Shown piece by piece: positions 14,601 through 64,000 of a DNA stretch of 64,000 bases. Source of the DNA: Epiperipatus broadwayi (Eukaryota; Animalia; Onychophora); NCBI GenBank assembly GCA_028023455.1, contig JAQFVV010000006.1, positions 62,001 through 126,000 on the forward strand. Reading direction: 5' to 3'. Each line of letters opens with the position of its first letter. Positions within the stretch are counted from its first letter, which is position 1. The translations under genes and the position numbers were made by a program. The notes below the pieces were generated by a model. The model worked only from the letters and a program-made list of their open reading frames with translations, did not search any database and was not told the DNA's origin.

Positions 14601-15233
14601 CCAATATATATGTATATACAATTATGAAAAAATTATTTAAAGAGTGGAGACATTGTAAAATTTACCAGAAATATAGTTGCATATCAAATATTACAGAAAT
14701 ATAGTGATAGGTGTATATAAATATATTCCATGATTTCATCTGAATGTATATATATTATCTAATATTAATCAATCAAAACCCTATAATATTCATAAAGTCA
14801 CATAGAAAAATAATTTATCTCTACTGAATGTAATATGAATGATGTCAAAAGGTTCATTAAAATTTCTGATGTGGATTTAAAATTGAGGTACATATTATTA
14901 TTAATCTGTCTTAAAAGAGTGGTGAGTGATGGCAAATTACTACATATGAAGGTCAAACTATTGCTGTCCAGTTGTTTAAATTAACAAGTATACTCTGGTG
15001 CTTTGTTTCACAATATTTCCAATGAATCAAATCTGAATTCAGTTTCATTCTGAATAATGAGTATATTATTTTAGAAATTCAGAGATGATGCATATTGTTA
15101 TGAATAAATCGGAATTCATTCATAAATATATAAACAGCCATAATATAATATATTGCTGCACTGAACATTTCCATCCAACCGATCTATATACATATCCATA
15201 CATATTGTACATATATAAAATGAAGAAATAAAC

Positions 15234-61817
<46,584 letters not shown>

Positions 61818-63344
61818 CTAAAAAAAAATAACACAAACAATGTTCTATTGAAATTTTTTTTTCTTTCAAGTTTATCTATATATATGACAAATAACAAAAA
61901 TCTTATTTACTGTTCTCAAATAGCATTAAATCTCAAACTGATCTTGGAAATAAGTAAATCTACCAATGATAACTACAAGTGCAACTCCCAAAAGAAAAAA
62001 CAAAGCATTGGTGAACTTAAGAATAGTTGAGATTGATTTGAGAAACAGTGAATAAAGCTTCTATTATTTCTTATAGACATCACAGGGCATTAAAAAACAA
62101 TTTATTCCTTATATAAATGTATTAATATTATGAATGGCAGCATTTTAAGCGCCCTCTATTAGCTCAAATTTGATGAACCTTGTATTCTCATAGTTCATAA
62201 TTCAAAATTTGGCTACTGCGTTTATATAACATTTTATATTTTGGTTAAATAATAAATACTAGAGAATGCATAAAATGCTCTCCTTTATAGTATTATAAGA
62301 AATGGCTCTGTAATAGGTATTTATGAAGAAAAGATACGAAATATAAGCTAAATGCTGCTGATAGATTATGGTAAAACATTAATAAAGTCTTAACAATTAT
62401 AATAAATAATAAAAATCATATATGACGGCTAAGAGCACTAAATCATGTGCTGAAAAAGGCTTTTTATGTACGATTAATATATTTTTACATGAAAGAACAG
62501 CATACTGAATTTCATTATTTCCATTTCTGATGAAGTATTAATAATGAATAACTCACAATTTTAATTCTAATTTATAAAAGCTATCAAGTAATTTTTAGTA
62601 ACGCAAATGTATATTTTACATTGAATGCAAAAATCAATTTGTTTGGATAAGTTTAATATTAACAAGTTATTGCAAATACACCATCTGACACATAAAAAAA
62701 AAAGATTTGTCACAAATGATTCCCAAATCTGTGGCGTATTAAAAAAGGAGTATACCCTCATTTTTATCCTGTTACAAATGGTGTTCTAACTTTAAAGTCA
62801 ACAACAGGGGTTATTTCATCTTTTTTTTTTTTCATGTGAGTTATAAAATGCTGCTTATACTTGTAGGGAAACTTTTTATTCCATTACGATATATATTCTA
62901 TCGATTATTCATAAAAAAAAGTGTGACCACGCATTTAATTTTAATATATATAAATAAACTGAAATACAGTATTTTTTTAACTGATTTACAGCATTCAAAA
63001 ATTATCACTTACATTTGTATTACTTTATATTTAAATTTCTAAATAATAATATCGAGGGCAGAGGGGAGGAAAGATCATTGCTAAATTAAATTGAATCAAC
63101 AACAACAAAAAAAAAAATTGCTTAACCACTTTTTTAAATTCTAAATAGCAGCTGTTGTATACATTATTGTAATAAATTTACTCTCTTTTTTTTTTAAAAA
63201 AAAGTATCAATCTAGTCATTAATAGAATAGTAAAAGTTTTCACACAAAAAAATATCCTTCTAAAAACATTTTTGTTTTGAGTAAAAAAAGTATTCTCTAT
63301 TTTTATCAATTATTAAGACTATACAGATTATAATCATTTCAAAT

Positions 63345-64000
63345 TATAGCATATAGGTATATATAGAACATAAAATATACAGGGCACGTGAGTACAGACC
63401 TTCACACGACCCACCACTCTCCACACTATCTCATAACACTGATACACTCGAACACATATATGTCGAAAAAATAAATAATCACCAATATACATATTTCATG
63501 CTAAACCAGCAATCATCAGTTGGTCCAGATTATCATCTCCACACATATATGCTGTAAGTGCTCAGATATATATTAAGATAGCGAAACCTTATACTTTAAT
63601 GGACAGGCTCCAATCTATTCCACACTCCAACTCTTCAACCATCCATCCAATTGAAAATCTGATGATAGAACGCTCAAAGGTCACCCTGAGGCCGAGATTC
63701 TTATCACACCCGAGTTGACCTAAGGTCAATCTGACCCCCCATGTACAGGACATAATCCATTTAATACATATACAAGGGATGAGCAGACATCTCTATTATG
63801 AAATAACTGAAACACACAAGCTTATAATATACCTGTGTCTATATATGTAATATATAGGGTATATGAGCACAGACTTTCACATTACTTACCATTCTCCACA
63901 CTATCTCAAAATACTGATACACTTGAACACATATATGTTGAAAAGATAAATAATCACTAATATACGTATTTCATGCTAAACCAGCAATCATCAGTTGGTC
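63345..64000 (-). mobile_element. Direct-repeat element with two type I hammerhead motifs 475 nt apart (retrozyme/pLTR-like), running off the window end
   Basis: Repeats at ~63345-63525 and ~63820-64000; each reads ACCAA CTGATGA TTGCTGGTTTAGCAT GAAA TAYGTAT A TTRGT on the minus strand. Confidence 0.8.
63481..63524 (-). ncRNA. Minimal type I hammerhead ribozyme motif (predicted)
   Basis: Intact CUGAUGA and GAAA cores, 5-bp helix I ACCAA/UUGGU, 4-bp helix II UGCU/AGCA, AUA cleavage triplet. Confidence 0.7.

Noticed and set aside
63655-63690. Plus-strand CTGATGA inside the 475-nt unit as an antisense hammerhead
   Set aside because: No downstream GAAA or helix II. Similar isolated CTGANGA hits at ~29418, ~35917 and ~62527 were rejected for the same reason.
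61820-64000. Further upstream PI4KA exon
   Set aside because: No segment matching the expected preceding ...LLL.LL phase-0 exon was found; it is presumably beyond the window.

Overview
Very AT-rich, intron-rich eukaryotic (metazoan, probably arthropod) genomic DNA. The only host gene I can support confidently is the 3' part of phosphatidylinositol 4-kinase alpha (PI4KA) on the minus strand. It has 14 coding exons from 61817 down to the stop at 15234. All carry AG/GT boundaries with consistent phases, totalling 1839 nt (612 aa + stop), and cover the helical (PIK) and kinase domains. The 5' part of the gene lies beyond the window. Introns and the flanking region are filled with decayed mobile elements: RTE LINEs, Penelope-like GIY-YIG remnants, tRNA-derived SINEs, an LTR-like segment and several fold-back palindromes. 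The most striking non-coding signal is a set of at least five unrelated repeat families carrying minimal type I hammerhead ribozyme motifs (CUGANGA-helix II-GAAA-short, often palindromic helix III-UH). They occur as tandem units of about 360-475 nt, as head-to-head palindromes, or fused to a tRNA-like Pol III head. This resembles Penelope pseudo-LTR and retrozyme biology. The class is known, but these families and architectures may be undescribed. Most copies have degenerate cores, and no activity has been shown.
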